Positions 18,397-28,328 are shown, counted from the stretch's first letter. The stretch: DNA of 64,000 nucleotides from Vicinamibacterales bacterium (GCA_036556425.1 DATBJJ010000115.1:626-64625), one strand, 5' to 3'. Numbers and translations: made by a program. The notes: generated by a model not told the origin, from the letters alone.

Positions 18397-19326
18397 ATGA
18401 ATCCCGCGCTGACTTTCGTGATCCCGCTCTACAACAGCGCGGCCACGATCGCGTCGCTCGTGCACGACATCGAAGCGCTCGACGTCGAGGGCGGCCACGA
18501 GATCGTCCTCGTCAACGACGGCAGCTCCGATGAGACGCGCGAGACCTGCCGCGCGCTCGTCGGCGCCTCGCCGATCCCCATCACCTACGTCGAGCACGCG
18601 CGCAACTTCGGCGAGCACAACGCCGTCCTGACCGGCTGGCGCCACGCGCGCGGCACGCACGTCGTCAACCTCGACGACGACGGGCAGAATCCGCCGGGGG
18701 AAGCGGTGCGCATGTGGCAGCACGCGAAGGCGCACGGCCTCGACGTCGTGTTCGGCCATTACGAAGTGAAGCAGCATTCGTTCTGGCGCAACGCGGGGAG
18801 CTGGTTCACGAATCGAATGACCGACTGGGCGCTCGACAAGCCGGCGGGGTTCTATCTTTCCAGCTTCCGCTGCGTCAGCGGATTCGTGACGCGGCAGATC
18901 GTCGGCTACACCGGTCCGTATCCGTATCTCGATGGTCTGCTGCTGCAAGTGACGCAGCGGATCGGATCGATCCTCGTGCGGCACGACGTCCGCCGCGCGG
19001 GCACGAGCGGGTACACGCTGCGCCGGCTGCTGCGGCTGTGGCTGAGCGCGTGGCTGAACTTCTCGCTCGTGCCGCTGCGCGCCGCGACGTTCCTCGGACT
19101 CCTCACCGCCGCGAGCGGCCTCGCGGCCTTCGTCGTCGTCGTGTGGCTGTGGGCGATCGAGCGCGGTCCGGCCTACGGCTGGGGCTGGGTGATGGCGACG
19201 GTGCTCGTCTTCTCCGGGACGCAGCTCGTGATGCTGGGACTGATTGGCGAGTACATCGGCCGGATGTTCCTGACCGTCAACCAGCGCCCGCAGGCCATCG
19301 TGCGCGATGTCGTGAAAAATCGGTAA
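18397..19326 (+). CDS. GT2 polyprenyl-phosphate glycosyltransferase (ArnC/DPM1-like)
   Basis: VIPLYN, VNDGSSD, RNFGEHNA, LDDDGQNPP; two C-terminal TMs and LGLIGEYIGR. Confidence 0.88.
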   Translation: MNPALTFVIPLYNSAATIASLVHDIEALDVEGGHEIVLVNDGSSDETRETCRALVGASPIPITYVEHARNFGEHNAVLTGWRHARGTHVVNLDDDGQNPPGEAVRMWQHAKAHGLDVVFGHYEVKQHSFWRNAGSWFTNRMTDWALDKPAGFYLSSFRCVSGFVTRQIVGYTGPYPYLDGLLLQVTQRIGSILVRHDVRRAGTSGYTLRRLLRLWLSAWLNFSLVPLRAATFLGLLTAASGLAAFVVVVWLWAIERGPAYGWGWVMATVLVFSGTQLVMLGLIGEYIGRMFLTVNQRPQAIVRDVVKNR

Positions 19327-19327
19327 G

Positions 19328-19432
19328 CGCTGTCCGCTGGCCGCTGGCCGCCGTTCGCGGTCCGCGGTCCGCGGTCCGCGGTTCGCGGTCGGCGGTCGGC
19401 ACCCCGACGGCGAGCAGCGGATAGCGGCCAGT
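19328..19432. repeat. Heptamer array (CGCGGTC/CGCTGTC, ~10 units) with a short inverted arm
   Basis: cgctgtc cgctggc cgctggc cgccgtt cgcggtc x3 ... cagcgga tagcggc. Confidence 0.8.
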
Positions 19433-19458
19433 GATGGTGATACTCTAGCCTCTTACCA

Positions 19459-20346
19459 ATGGCGTGGTTCAAGAAGCAGCGCAAGCCCATTGAGCCGCCG
19501 GACAAACAGAGCCGGGTACCCGAAGGGCTCTGGGTCAAGTGTCCTTCCTGCTCGCAAATCATCTATAACAAGGATCTCGCCGCCAGCTTGAGCGTCTGCA
19601 CGAAGTGCGCGCATCATTTCCGCCTGAACGCGGCGGACCGCCTGCGATCGCTCTTCGATGGCGGATGGAAGGAGCACGATCGCGGGCTGACGTCGACCGA
19701 TCCACTCAAGTTCACCGACACGAAGCCGTATCACAAACGGCTGGATGCGAGCATCGCGTCGACGGGGCTGAAGGACGCCGTGATCACGGCCACGGGCCGG
19801 ATCCACGGCTTCGAGACCGTCGTCGCGGCGATGGAGTACTCGTTCATCGGCGGCAGCATGGGCGTCGTCGTGGGCGAGAAGATCACGCGCGCGATCGAGC
19901 GCGCGATTGCCGGGCGGATGCCGCTCGTGATCGTGGCGTGCTCCGGCGGCGCGCGGATGATGGAAGGCGCGCTGTCGCTGATGCAGATGGCGAAGATCAG
20001 CGGCGCGCTCGCGAGGCTCGACCGCGCGAAGCTGCCGTACATCTCGGTGCTGACGGATCCGACGACCGGCGGCGTGACCGCGAGCTTCGCGATGCTGGGA
20101 GACGTGAACATCGCCGAACCGAAGGCGCTCATCGGCTTCGCGGGCCCGCGCGTGATCGAGCAGACGATCCGTCAAACGCTGCCGGAAGGCTTTCAGACGA
20201 GCGAGTTCCTCCTCGAGCACGGCATGCTCGACGCGATCGTCGATCGCCGCGAGATGAAGGACGCGATCGGCCGCATCCTGACGTTCGGCCGCCGCGACGC
20301 GTCCTCGAGGCCGCAGGCGTCGCTCGACCCAGCGCTCGCGGAGTGA
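19459..20346 (+). CDS. accD: Acetyl-CoA carboxylase carboxyltransferase beta subunit
   Basis: PEGLWVKCPSC zinc finger, FIGGSMG, SGGARMMEG, PTTGGVTASF. Confidence 0.97.
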   Translation: MAWFKKQRKPIEPPDKQSRVPEGLWVKCPSCSQIIYNKDLAASLSVCTKCAHHFRLNAADRLRSLFDGGWKEHDRGLTSTDPLKFTDTKPYHKRLDASIASTGLKDAVITATGRIHGFETVVAAMEYSFIGGSMGVVVGEKITRAIERAIAGRMPLVIVACSGGARMMEGALSLMQMAKISGALARLDRAKLPYISVLTDPTTGGVTASFAMLGDVNIAEPKALIGFAGPRVIEQTIRQTLPEGFQTSEFLLEHGMLDAIVDRREMKDAIGRILTFGRRDASSRPQASLDPALAE

Positions 20347-21647
20347 CCCCTCTCGACTTTCTCTTCTCCCTCGAGCGTCTCGGGATGAAGTTCGGTCTCG
20401 AGAGCATGCAGACGATCTGCGCCGCGCTCGGGCATCCGGAACGCAGCTTTCGATCGGTGATCGTGGCCGGCACGAACGGCAAGGGGTCGGTGACGGCCAT
20501 GACGTCCGCCGGCCTTCACGCGGCGGGCTTCACGAGCGCCAGATACACGTCGCCACATCTCGAGCGGCTCGAAGAACGGTTCACGATCGGCGAGCGTGAC
20601 GTCGACAGCGCCGCGCTCGAGGCGGCCGCGGCCACGGTGCAGGAAGCCGTCGAGCGCCTCGTCCGCGACGGTGCGCTGGAAGGCCTGCCGACGTTCTTCG
20701 AATGCTCGACCGCCATCGCCTTCGAGCTGTTCCGGCGGGCCTCGGTCGAGATCGCCGCGATCGAGGTCGGCCTGGGCGGCCGGCTCGACGCAACCAACGT
20801 CATAACCCCTATGGCCGCCGCCATCACGTCGATCGACTTCGATCACCAGGAGCTCCTCGGGGGGACGCTTCGCGAAATTGCACGCGAGAAGGCGGGAATC
20901 ATCAAGCCTGGCATCCCGGTCGTGGCCGGACCGATGGCCGCCGAAGCGGATGCAGTCATTCAACAGGTATGCGCCGAGCGCGGCGCGACGTACGTGCGCG
21001 CGCTCGATCGCGTGCGCGTCTCGAACGCGGAGGTTGGCGGCCGAACGCGCGTCAGCCTGCGCTCGGACTCGACACATCTCGAGGACGTCACGCTCGCCCT
21101 CCCAGGACGTCATCAGATCCACAACGCCGCCGTCGCCGTCTGCTTGATGGAAGAGCTGGGCGTCCCCGCAGCGGCGATCGAAGTTGGATTGACCGACGCG
21201 CGGTGGCCCGCGAGGCTCGAGCGCGTCGATTGGTGCGGCGCCGAGCTGCTGCTCGACGCGGCGCACAATCCGGCCGGCGCGCGCGCGCTCGCCGACTATC
21301 TGCGCGAGCGCGGGTGGACGCGCGTCACGCTCGTGTTCGGCGCGATGCGCGACAAGGACATCGCGGGAATCCTCGAGCCGCTCGCGCCGTTCGTGTCGAC
21401 GATCGTCTGCACGACGCCGCCGAATCCGCGCGCGCTTCCGGCGGAGTCGCTGGCGGCGCTCGCGGCCGCGCTGCCATCGATGACCGCGCGCGTCACCGCC
21501 GTTCCCGATCCGCGCGACGCGCTCCGCGACGCCTGTCGAGCCGGCGGATGCGTCGTCGTCGCCGGCTCGATCTTTCTCATCGGTTCGCTGCGTGGTATTC
21601 TTCAACGCGGATCACGCGGATCGGACGGATCGCGCAGATCAAAATGA
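20343..21647 (+). CDS. folC: Folylpolyglutamate synthase/dihydrofolate synthase (GTG start overlapping accD stop)
   Basis: VAGTNGKGS, YTSPHL, EVGLGGRLDATN, LDAAHNPAG; C-terminus runs into a repeat array. Confidence 0.93.
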   Translation: MTPLDFLFSLERLGMKFGLESMQTICAALGHPERSFRSVIVAGTNGKGSVTAMTSAGLHAAGFTSARYTSPHLERLEERFTIGERDVDSAALEAAAATVQEAVERLVRDGALEGLPTFFECSTAIAFELFRRASVEIAAIEVGLGGRLDATNVITPMAAAITSIDFDHQELLGGTLREIAREKAGIIKPGIPVVAGPMAAEADAVIQQVCAERGATYVRALDRVRVSNAEVGGRTRVSLRSDSTHLEDVTLALPGRHQIHNAAVAVCLMEELGVPAAAIEVGLTDARWPARLERVDWCGAELLLDAAHNPAGARALADYLRERGWTRVTLVFGAMRDKDIAGILEPLAPFVSTIVCTTPPNPRALPAESLAALAAALPSMTARVTAVPDPRDALRDACRAGGCVVVAGSIFLIGSLRGILQRGSRGSDGSRRSK

Positions 21648-21700
21648 TGAGCGTCATCCGCGCAATCCGCGCAGTCCGTGCAATCCGCGCAATCCGCGTC
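21604..21700. repeat. Inverted nonamer repeat array at the folC-lptD junction
   Basis: acgcggatcacgcggatcggacggatcgcgcagat ... atccgcgcaatccgcgcagtccgtgcaatccgcgcaatccgcgt. Confidence 0.8.
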
Positions 21701-21715
21701 TCCCGTGTCTCCCGC

Positions 21716-24022
21716 ATGCCGCGTCTGATCCACGCGATCGCCATCGCCTCCGTCGCTGCCGTCCATCTCGTCTGTGCGCCGCGCGCCGCCGCGCAGGCGG
21801 AGATCAGCGGATGCAAAACGTCCCTCATGCAGGGTGCGACGCAGGAGATGCTCCAGAAGGAATATCAAGGCAAGACCGAGCGCGTGCTCGTGCTCACCGG
21901 CGGGGACGCCATTCCAGTTCGCGTCGACTGCGATCAGGCGCAGTTCCAGGCCGAGTACATCGAGATTTATCAGGATCGGCATCTCGTCATCGCCACGCGC
22001 AACGTACTGTTCGTGTCGGCGACGAACCGGATCTCCGCCGACCGCATGGAGTTCGACACGCAGCAGAAGACGGGCGTCTTCTACAACGCGTTCGGCACGG
22101 CATCGCTCGGCGAGCGCGTGGACCGGAGCTTCTTCGGCACGCAGGAGCCGGACGCGATGTTCCGCGGACGCGAGATCCACAAGATCGGCCCGAGAAAATA
22201 CACGATCGTTGACGGCGCGTTCACGTCGTGCGTGCAGCCCACGCCGCGCTGGGAGATGGTGACGACGTCGGCGACGTTCGTCCTCGACGACTACGCGCTG
22301 CTCAAGAACTCGGTGCTCCGCGTCAAGGGGGTGCCGTTGATGTACATGCCGATCTTCTACTACCCGATCCAGGAGGACGATCGCTCGACCGGGTTCCTCA
22401 TGCCGACCTACGGCACGTCGACGATACGAGGGCAATCGCTGTCGAACTATTTCTTCTGGGCGATCAACCGGAGTCAGGACGCGACGTTCGAGCACGATTG
22501 GTTCTCGAAATCCGGCCAGGGCGTCGCGGGCGAGTACCGCTACGTCCTCGGGCCCGGGTCGCAGGGCCGGACGAACGTCTCGTTTCTCGACGAGAAAGAT
22601 GTCGTGAACGAGGCGGGCACGGTCACGCAACCCGGCGAGCGGAGCTACCGGATCGACGGCTCGCTCGTGCAGCGGCTCGGCGGCAGCTGGCGCGCGCAGG
22701 CCAATGCGAACTACTTCTCGAGCCTCGCCGCACAGCAGCTCTATCAGCAGGACTTCTTTCGCGCGACGCAGTCGACGCGCTCGTTCGGCGGCAACATCGG
22801 CGCGAACTTCCGCGAGTACGTGCTCACCGGCGTCGTCGATCGCACGGACTTCATCAGCGGCGCGACGGGCAACAACGTCACCACCTACGGCGGCCTGCCA
22901 CGCGTCACATTCACGCGCGGCGAGCGCCCCATCGGCAAGTCCCGCGTGTACTTCGGCGTCACGACCGAGTACTTCTCGATCCTCCGGAGCACGACCGTGG
23001 ACGACGTGGAGCTCTCGAACCAGGGGCTGACGCGCGTCGACGTGAATCCCGCGATCCGGTTCCCGTTCACCAAATGGCCGTTCCTCACGGTGAACACCGC
23101 GGTCGGATGGCGCGGCACGTATTGGTCCGAGAGCCTCAGTCCGATCAACAGGGCGCAGGTCCCCGAATCGGTGCGCCGTCAATACTTCGACTTCAACACG
23201 CGCATCACGGGTCCGGTGTTCACGCGCATCTTCAATCGTCCGGAGCGGAAGTTCAAGCACGTCATCGAGCCGTCGTTCACGATCCGCCGTGTGACAGGCT
23301 TCGACGTGTTCGATCGGATCGTGCAATTGGATTGGACCGACAATCAGGTTCCGGATCTCTTCCAGGTGACTTACGCGCTCACGAACCGGATCTACGCGAA
23401 GAAGGACATCTCGCGCGAGGTTCTCAGCGTCAACGTCTATCAGTCGCGGTACAGCGACGCGAGGGCCGCGCAACTCGATCCGCTCTACGCCACCAGCTAC
23501 AGCCTGCAGAAGGCGAACAGCAAGTATTCCGACGTGAACCTCACGGTCCGCGGCGCTCCGACGGATCGAATCCAGGTCAACTTCACGACGCTCTGGGATC
23601 CGGTCGCCGGCGCGTTCCTGACCTACAACGCGAACGGCGGCGTGAACGCGAAGTACCTGCAGGCGTACGGCGGCTGGAGCCAGGTGAAGTTCATCAACGA
23701 CCGTCCGACCACCGGCCCTGTTCCCGAGACGAGCTCCCACTACTTGACCGCGTCGACCACGTGGCGCACGGCGCAGAATCATCTCGGCGTCACGTATTCC
23801 TTCCACTACGACATGCTCCGCAAGGACTTCCTGCAGCAGCGCTACTTTGTTTACTACAATGCGCAGTGCTGCGGAGTGCTGGCGGAATACCAGACGTTCA
23901 ATCTGGCCGGCGTCCGCACCCGCGTGCCGCAGGACAAGAGGTTCAACCTCTCGTTCACGCTCGCCGGGATCGGCACGTTCTCCAACTTCCTGGGCGCGTT
24001 TGGAGGACAGACCGGCAGGTAA
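21716..24022 (+). CDS. lptD: LPS-assembly outer-membrane protein LptD-like
   Basis: Signal peptide, FTSCVQPTPRW, RSTGFLMPTYG, beta-barrel pattern, YNAQCCG, FSFTLAGIG-like end. Confidence 0.8.
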   Translation: MPRLIHAIAIASVAAVHLVCAPRAAAQAEISGCKTSLMQGATQEMLQKEYQGKTERVLVLTGGDAIPVRVDCDQAQFQAEYIEIYQDRHLVIATRNVLFVSATNRISADRMEFDTQQKTGVFYNAFGTASLGERVDRSFFGTQEPDAMFRGREIHKIGPRKYTIVDGAFTSCVQPTPRWEMVTTSATFVLDDYALLKNSVLRVKGVPLMYMPIFYYPIQEDDRSTGFLMPTYGTSTIRGQSLSNYFFWAINRSQDATFEHDWFSKSGQGVAGEYRYVLGPGSQGRTNVSFLDEKDVVNEAGTVTQPGERSYRIDGSLVQRLGGSWRAQANANYFSSLAAQQLYQQDFFRATQSTRSFGGNIGANFREYVLTGVVDRTDFISGATGNNVTTYGGLPRVTFTRGERPIGKSRVYFGVTTEYFSILRSTTVDDVELSNQGLTRVDVNPAIRFPFTKWPFLTVNTAVGWRGTYWSESLSPINRAQVPESVRRQYFDFNTRITGPVFTRIFNRPERKFKHVIEPSFTIRRVTGFDVFDRIVQLDWTDNQVPDLFQVTYALTNRIYAKKDISREVLSVNVYQSRYSDARAAQLDPLYATSYSLQKANSKYSDVNLTVRGAPTDRIQVNFTTLWDPVAGAFLTYNANGGVNAKYLQAYGGWSQVKFINDRPTTGPVPETSSHYLTASTTWRTAQNHLGVTYSFHYDMLRKDFLQQRYFVYYNAQCCGVLAEYQTFNLAGVRTRVPQDKRFNLSFTLAGIGTFSNFLGAFGGQTGR

Positions 24023-24068
24023 TCGGACTCGACCCCGTACGACAACGCCCTGACGGAAACGAGCAGCG

Positions 24069-25085
24069 ATGCCAAAGGTATTGGTGACCGGCGGAGCCGG
24101 TTTCATCGGTTCGAACTTCGTGCGTCACGCCCTCGCCACGCATCCGGATTGGCAGGTGACGACGTACGACAAGCTGACATATGCCGGCCGGATGGAGAAC
24201 TTGAGAGGCGTGCTCGATCATCCGCGGCACGATTTCGTCAAAGGCGACGTCGCCGATCCGGCCGTCGCCGGCCCTCTCGTCGCTGCCTCCGACATCGTCG
24301 TGCACTTCGCCGCCGAGACACACGTCGATCGCTCGATCCTGAACGCGGGCGAGTTCATCACGACGGACGTGTTCGGCACGTTCGTCCTGCTCGAAGCGGC
24401 GCGCGAGGCGACGCATCTGCAGAAGTTCGTCCAGATCTCGACCGACGAAGTCTACGGAAGCGTCGCCGAAGGATCGAGCCGCGAGACCGACGAGCTCCGC
24501 CCGCGAAACCCGTACTCCGCCAGCAAGGCGGGCGCGGATCGCCTGGCGTACAGCTTCTGGGCGACCTACGGCGTGCCCGTCGTGATCACGCGCGCGTCGA
24601 ACAACTACGGGCCGAATCAGTTCCCCGAAAAGGTCATCCCGCTCTTCATCACGAACGCGCTCGACAATCTGCAGGTGCCGCTCTACGGCGACGGCATGAA
24701 CGAACGCGATTGGCTGCACGTGTCGGACAATTGCCGCGCGCTCGACACGATCATCGCGGCGGGAACGCCCGGAGAGGTCTACAACATCGGCGGCGGGAAC
24801 CACGTCAAGAACGCGGACCTGACGCGCAGGATCCTGCAGCTCCTCGGAAAGCCGGAGTCGCTGATTCGCCACGTGCCCGATCGTCCGGGCCACGATCGCC
24901 GCTACTCGCTCGACACGACGAAGCTGCAGTCGCTCGGCTGGTCGCCGCGGATCGGCTTCGAGCAGGGGCTCGCCGAAACGGTCGCGTGGTACCGGCAGAA
25001 CGAGTGGTGGTGGCGGCCGATCAAGGAAAACGATCCCGCGTTCGCGGAGTACTACCGGACTCAGTACGGCAACCGGCAGGGCTGA
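24069..25085 (+). CDS. rfbB: dTDP-glucose 4,6-dehydratase
   Basis: TGGAGFIGSNF, HFAAETHVDRSI, STDEVYG, YSASK, NNYGP..FPEK, DRPGHDRRY. Confidence 0.95.
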   Translation: MPKVLVTGGAGFIGSNFVRHALATHPDWQVTTYDKLTYAGRMENLRGVLDHPRHDFVKGDVADPAVAGPLVAASDIVVHFAAETHVDRSILNAGEFITTDVFGTFVLLEAAREATHLQKFVQISTDEVYGSVAEGSSRETDELRPRNPYSASKAGADRLAYSFWATYGVPVVITRASNNYGPNQFPEKVIPLFITNALDNLQVPLYGDGMNERDWLHVSDNCRALDTIIAAGTPGEVYNIGGGNHVKNADLTRRILQLLGKPESLIRHVPDRPGHDRRYSLDTTKLQSLGWSPRIGFEQGLAETVAWYRQNEWWWRPIKENDPAFAEYYRTQYGNRQG

Positions 25086-25094
25086 TTCGGTCCT

Positions 25095-26042
25095 GTGGCT
25101 GGGCTCCCACTCGTCACCGGCGGCACGGGCTTCGCGGGGAGCCACCTCGTCGAGCATTTGCTCGAGACCGTACCGGCCGTCGCCGCCTGGTCCAATCCTC
25201 ACGGATCGCCGATCGGCGATCGCGACGCGCGCGTGCAGTGGGCAGCCGTCGATCTGCTCGATCGCGGCGCGGTACGCCGCGCGATCGAGCACGTGCGTCC
25301 GTCGGTCGTCTACCACTGCGCCGGCGCCGCCGGCGTCGGCGGCTCGTGGGCCGATCCGGTCAAGCCGCTTCGCGTCAACGCGCTCGCGACGCATCATCTG
25401 CTCGACGCGATCGAGCGCGCCGGGCTCGCGTGTCCCGTCGTCGTCACTGGATCCGCGCTCGTCTATCGTCCGTCGCTGGACGCCATGGACGAGAACGCGC
25501 CGATCGGACCGGCCAATCCGTACGGCGTCAGCAAGCTCGCGCAGGAGATGATCGCGGCCGCGGTGACCGCGTTTCCGATCTTTCTCGCGCGGCCGTTCAA
25601 TCACGCGGGGCCGCGTCAGTCCGCCGAGTACGTGACGTCGAGCTTCGCGCGGCAGATTGCCGAGATCGAAGCGGGAGTGAACGCGCCCGTATTGAACGTC
25701 GGCAACCTCGACGCGCAGCGCGACATCACCGACGTCCGCGACACGGTGCGCGCGTACCGGATGCTGCCCGAGGCCGGCCGCCCTGGCCGGCCGTATAACA
25801 TCTGTTCGGGACGTGCGCATCGCATCGGCGACTTGCTGGAGGCGCTGCTGCGACTGTCGCGCACGCGGATCAAGATCGCCGTCGATCCCGCGCGCCTGCG
25901 GCCATCCGACAATCCGGTGGTCCTCGGCAATCCGACGCGCATCCGCGAGGAAGTCGGATGGCGCGCCGAGATCCCGATCGAGCGGACGCTCGAGGATCTG
26001 CTCGACTACTGGCGGCTGCGCATCGCCGTCCCGCGCGCGTGA
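25095..26042 (+). CDS. NDP-sugar epimerase/reductase (GDP-4-keto-6-deoxymannose reductase-like extended SDR)
   Basis: TGGTGFAGSHL, PYGVSK, RPFNHAGPRQ, VGNLDAQRDITDVRD, RLRPSD. Confidence 0.82.
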   Translation: MAGLPLVTGGTGFAGSHLVEHLLETVPAVAAWSNPHGSPIGDRDARVQWAAVDLLDRGAVRRAIEHVRPSVVYHCAGAAGVGGSWADPVKPLRVNALATHHLLDAIERAGLACPVVVTGSALVYRPSLDAMDENAPIGPANPYGVSKLAQEMIAAAVTAFPIFLARPFNHAGPRQSAEYVTSSFARQIAEIEAGVNAPVLNVGNLDAQRDITDVRDTVRAYRMLPEAGRPGRPYNICSGRAHRIGDLLEALLRLSRTRIKIAVDPARLRPSDNPVVLGNPTRIREEVGWRAEIPIERTLEDLLDYWRLRIAVPRA

Positions 26043-27388
26043 TGGACGGGCGTCCTCCCTCCGAAGACGCCCGCAAGATCGTTCACATCGGCTTCGGCGT
26101 CTGCGCGCTCCTGCTCCGCTACATCACGTGGTGGGAAGCGGCGCTGGTGGCTGGGACGGCGGTCGCGTTCAACCTGCTCGTGATGCCGCGCGTCGGGCGT
26201 CGTATCTATCGGCCCGCCGATCAGGCTCGCCGCTTCACCTCGGGCGTCGTCCTGTATCCCGTCGCGGTGCTCCTTCTCGTCGTCGTCTTCTCGAATCGCT
26301 TGGACATCGCCGCCGCGGCCTGGGGCATCCTCGCGGTCGGCGACGGGATGTCGTGCATCATCGGCAAGCGCTTCGGGCGCCGGCGGATTCCGTGGAATCG
26401 CGAGAAGTCGGTTGCGGGATCGATGGCGCTCTTCCTGCTCGGCGGGGCGGCCGGCGCGGCGCTGGCATGGTGGTGCCGTCCGCATGTGATGCCGCCGGCG
26501 TACCTGTGGTTCTCTCTGGGCGCGCCGTTCATCGCGGCGCTCGTTGCCGCGTTCGTCGAAACGATTCCCGTGCGCCTCGACGACAACCTGTCCGTGCCGG
26601 GATCCGCGGGCGCGGTCCTCTGGGCGCTCTCGATCGTCAGCGAAGATCAGATCCGAGCGTTCGCCGCGGCAAGCGCGGTGTGGATTCTGCCGACGGCCGC
26701 GCTGAACGCGGCGGTTGCATGGCTCGGCTACAAGGCGGGAACCGTGACGAAGGCCGGCGCGATCGCCGGCGCGGCGATTGGGGTCACGATCATGTTGTCC
26801 GCCGCCGTCTCAGGCTGGTTGTTGTTGGGCGCGACGTTCCTCTCCGCGGCGATCAGCTCGCGCCTCGGCGTGCGGCGCAAGACGCTGCTTGGCATCGCCG
26901 AAGAGCGTGGGGGACGGCGCGGCGCGGGCAATGCGGTCGCGAACACGGGATTCGCGAGCGCCGCCGCGTTGATCTCGAGCCTGTCGTACGCGCAGGATCA
27001 CGCGCTCGTCGCGTTCGCCGCGGCGCTGACCGCCGCCGGCAGCGACACGATCGCGAGCGAGATCGGGAAAGCCTGGGGAGAGCGAACGTATCTCGTAACC
27101 ACGTTCAGCGCCGTGAAGCCGGGAACGTCGGGCGCGATCTCGCTGGAAGGGACCGCCGCCGGGATCGGCGGCGCCGCGATACTGGGCGGCCTCGCGGTCG
27201 TGCTTGGAATCGTTCCAGCCGTCGCGCTCGTACCGATCGTGATCGGCGCGACGATCGGATCGTTTGCGGAGAGCGTCCTCGCCGCCACGCTCGAAGGACC
27301 GGGCATCCTGAACAACGATCTGCTGAACTTCATCAACACGGCGGTTGCCGCGTACGCGGCGATCCTTCTCTATCGAGCCGTCACGTGA
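26042..27388 (+). CDS. Fusion of a phytol/dolichol-kinase-like (cytidylyltransferase family) membrane domain and DUF92
   Basis: N-half: RKIVH, LAVGDG, KSVAGS, DDNLSVP; C-half: RGAGNAVAN, SDTIASEIG, PGTSGAISLEGT, ESVLAAT..NNDLLNF. Confidence 0.82.
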   Translation: MDGRPPSEDARKIVHIGFGVCALLLRYITWWEAALVAGTAVAFNLLVMPRVGRRIYRPADQARRFTSGVVLYPVAVLLLVVVFSNRLDIAAAAWGILAVGDGMSCIIGKRFGRRRIPWNREKSVAGSMALFLLGGAAGAALAWWCRPHVMPPAYLWFSLGAPFIAALVAAFVETIPVRLDDNLSVPGSAGAVLWALSIVSEDQIRAFAAASAVWILPTAALNAAVAWLGYKAGTVTKAGAIAGAAIGVTIMLSAAVSGWLLLGATFLSAAISSRLGVRRKTLLGIAEERGGRRGAGNAVANTGFASAAALISSLSYAQDHALVAFAAALTAAGSDTIASEIGKAWGERTYLVTTFSAVKPGTSGAISLEGTAAGIGGAAILGGLAVVLGIVPAVALVPIVIGATIGSFAESVLAATLEGPGILNNDLLNFINTAVAAYAAILLYRAVT

Positions 27389-28299
27389 GCGCGTCGAGAG
27401 CGTCGCTGTGGTTCGAGTTCTCGCGCCCGTTCACGCTGGTCGCGCCGGCGCTCGGCTTCGTATCGGGATCCGTGACGGCTGCGGGCGCGGCGCCTCGAGA
27501 GTCCTGGAGCTCGGCGCTCGTCCTCTATCCACTGATCGGAATGACGATGGCGGCCGTTCTCAACGCCGCGTCGAACGCGCTCAATCAGATTTACGACCTC
27601 GAGATCGATCGCGTCAACAAGCCGAGGCGTCCGTTGCCATCGGGACGATTGAGCCTCGGCGGCGCGTGGATCTTCACGCTCACGACGTATGCGGTTGCGC
27701 TCGTGCTCGCATGGCTCGTCGCGCCCGGCGGCCGCCACGAGTGCTTCTGGATCGTCATCGTCGCGACGGTCATCACGGTCCTCTACTCGGCGCCGCCGTT
27801 CCGCACGAAGCGCCTCGGCATCTGGGCGAACGTCACGATTGCGATTCCGCGCGGCGTGCTGTTGAAGGTCGCCGGCTGGTCCGCCGTGAAAACGGTCATC
27901 GCGATCGAGCCATGGTTCATCGGCGGCATCTTCGGCCTGTTCCTGCTCGGCGCGTCGACGACGAAGGACTTCGCGGATATGGAGGGGGACGCCAAAGGCG
28001 GATGCCGGACGCTGCCGATCATCTACGGCGTTCGCCGCGCCGCATGGATGATCTCGCCGTCATTCGTGGTTCCGTTCGTGATGATCGCGGTCGGCGCGTT
28101 GACCGGCATCCTCACCGGCAACAGGACACTCTTGCTCCTGCTCTCCGTCTTCATGACGGCGTATGGCATCTACGTCTGCTATTTGATGCTGCGCCGCCCA
28201 GAGGATCTTGCCGTCGAAGAGAACCACGTCTCCTGGGCGCACATGTATCGAATGATGTTCGTCGCGCAGATTGGCTTCGCGCTGGCGTACTTGTTTTGA
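27385..28299 (+). CDS. UbiA-family prenyltransferase (chlorophyll synthase/DGGGP synthase-like)
   Basis: GTG overlaps upstream TGA; RPFTL, NQIYDLEIDRVNKPRRPLPSG, YSAPPFRTKR, KDFADMEGD..RTLP. Confidence 0.88.
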   Translation: MSASRASLWFEFSRPFTLVAPALGFVSGSVTAAGAAPRESWSSALVLYPLIGMTMAAVLNAASNALNQIYDLEIDRVNKPRRPLPSGRLSLGGAWIFTLTTYAVALVLAWLVAPGGRHECFWIVIVATVITVLYSAPPFRTKRLGIWANVTIAIPRGVLLKVAGWSAVKTVIAIEPWFIGGIFGLFLLGASTTKDFADMEGDAKGGCRTLPIIYGVRRAAWMISPSFVVPFVMIAVGALTGILTGNRTLLLLLSVFMTAYGIYVCYLMLRRPEDLAVEENHVSWAHMYRMMFVAQIGFALAYLF

Positions 28300-28304
28300 G
28301 ATGA

Positions 28305-28328
28305 CTTCCGGCTGAAGCCGGAAGCCAC
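28305..28328 (-). repeat. GTRG-type REP-like palindrome
   Basis: Minus strand GTGG-CTTCCGGC-ttca-GCCGGAAG directly after the UbiA stop. Confidence 0.6.

Noticed and set aside
19605..24022. Apparent 680-aa FolC and 1106-aa LptD with long N-terminal extensions
   Set aside because: The extensions are off-frame read-through of upstream genes; plausible starts are 20343 and 21716.
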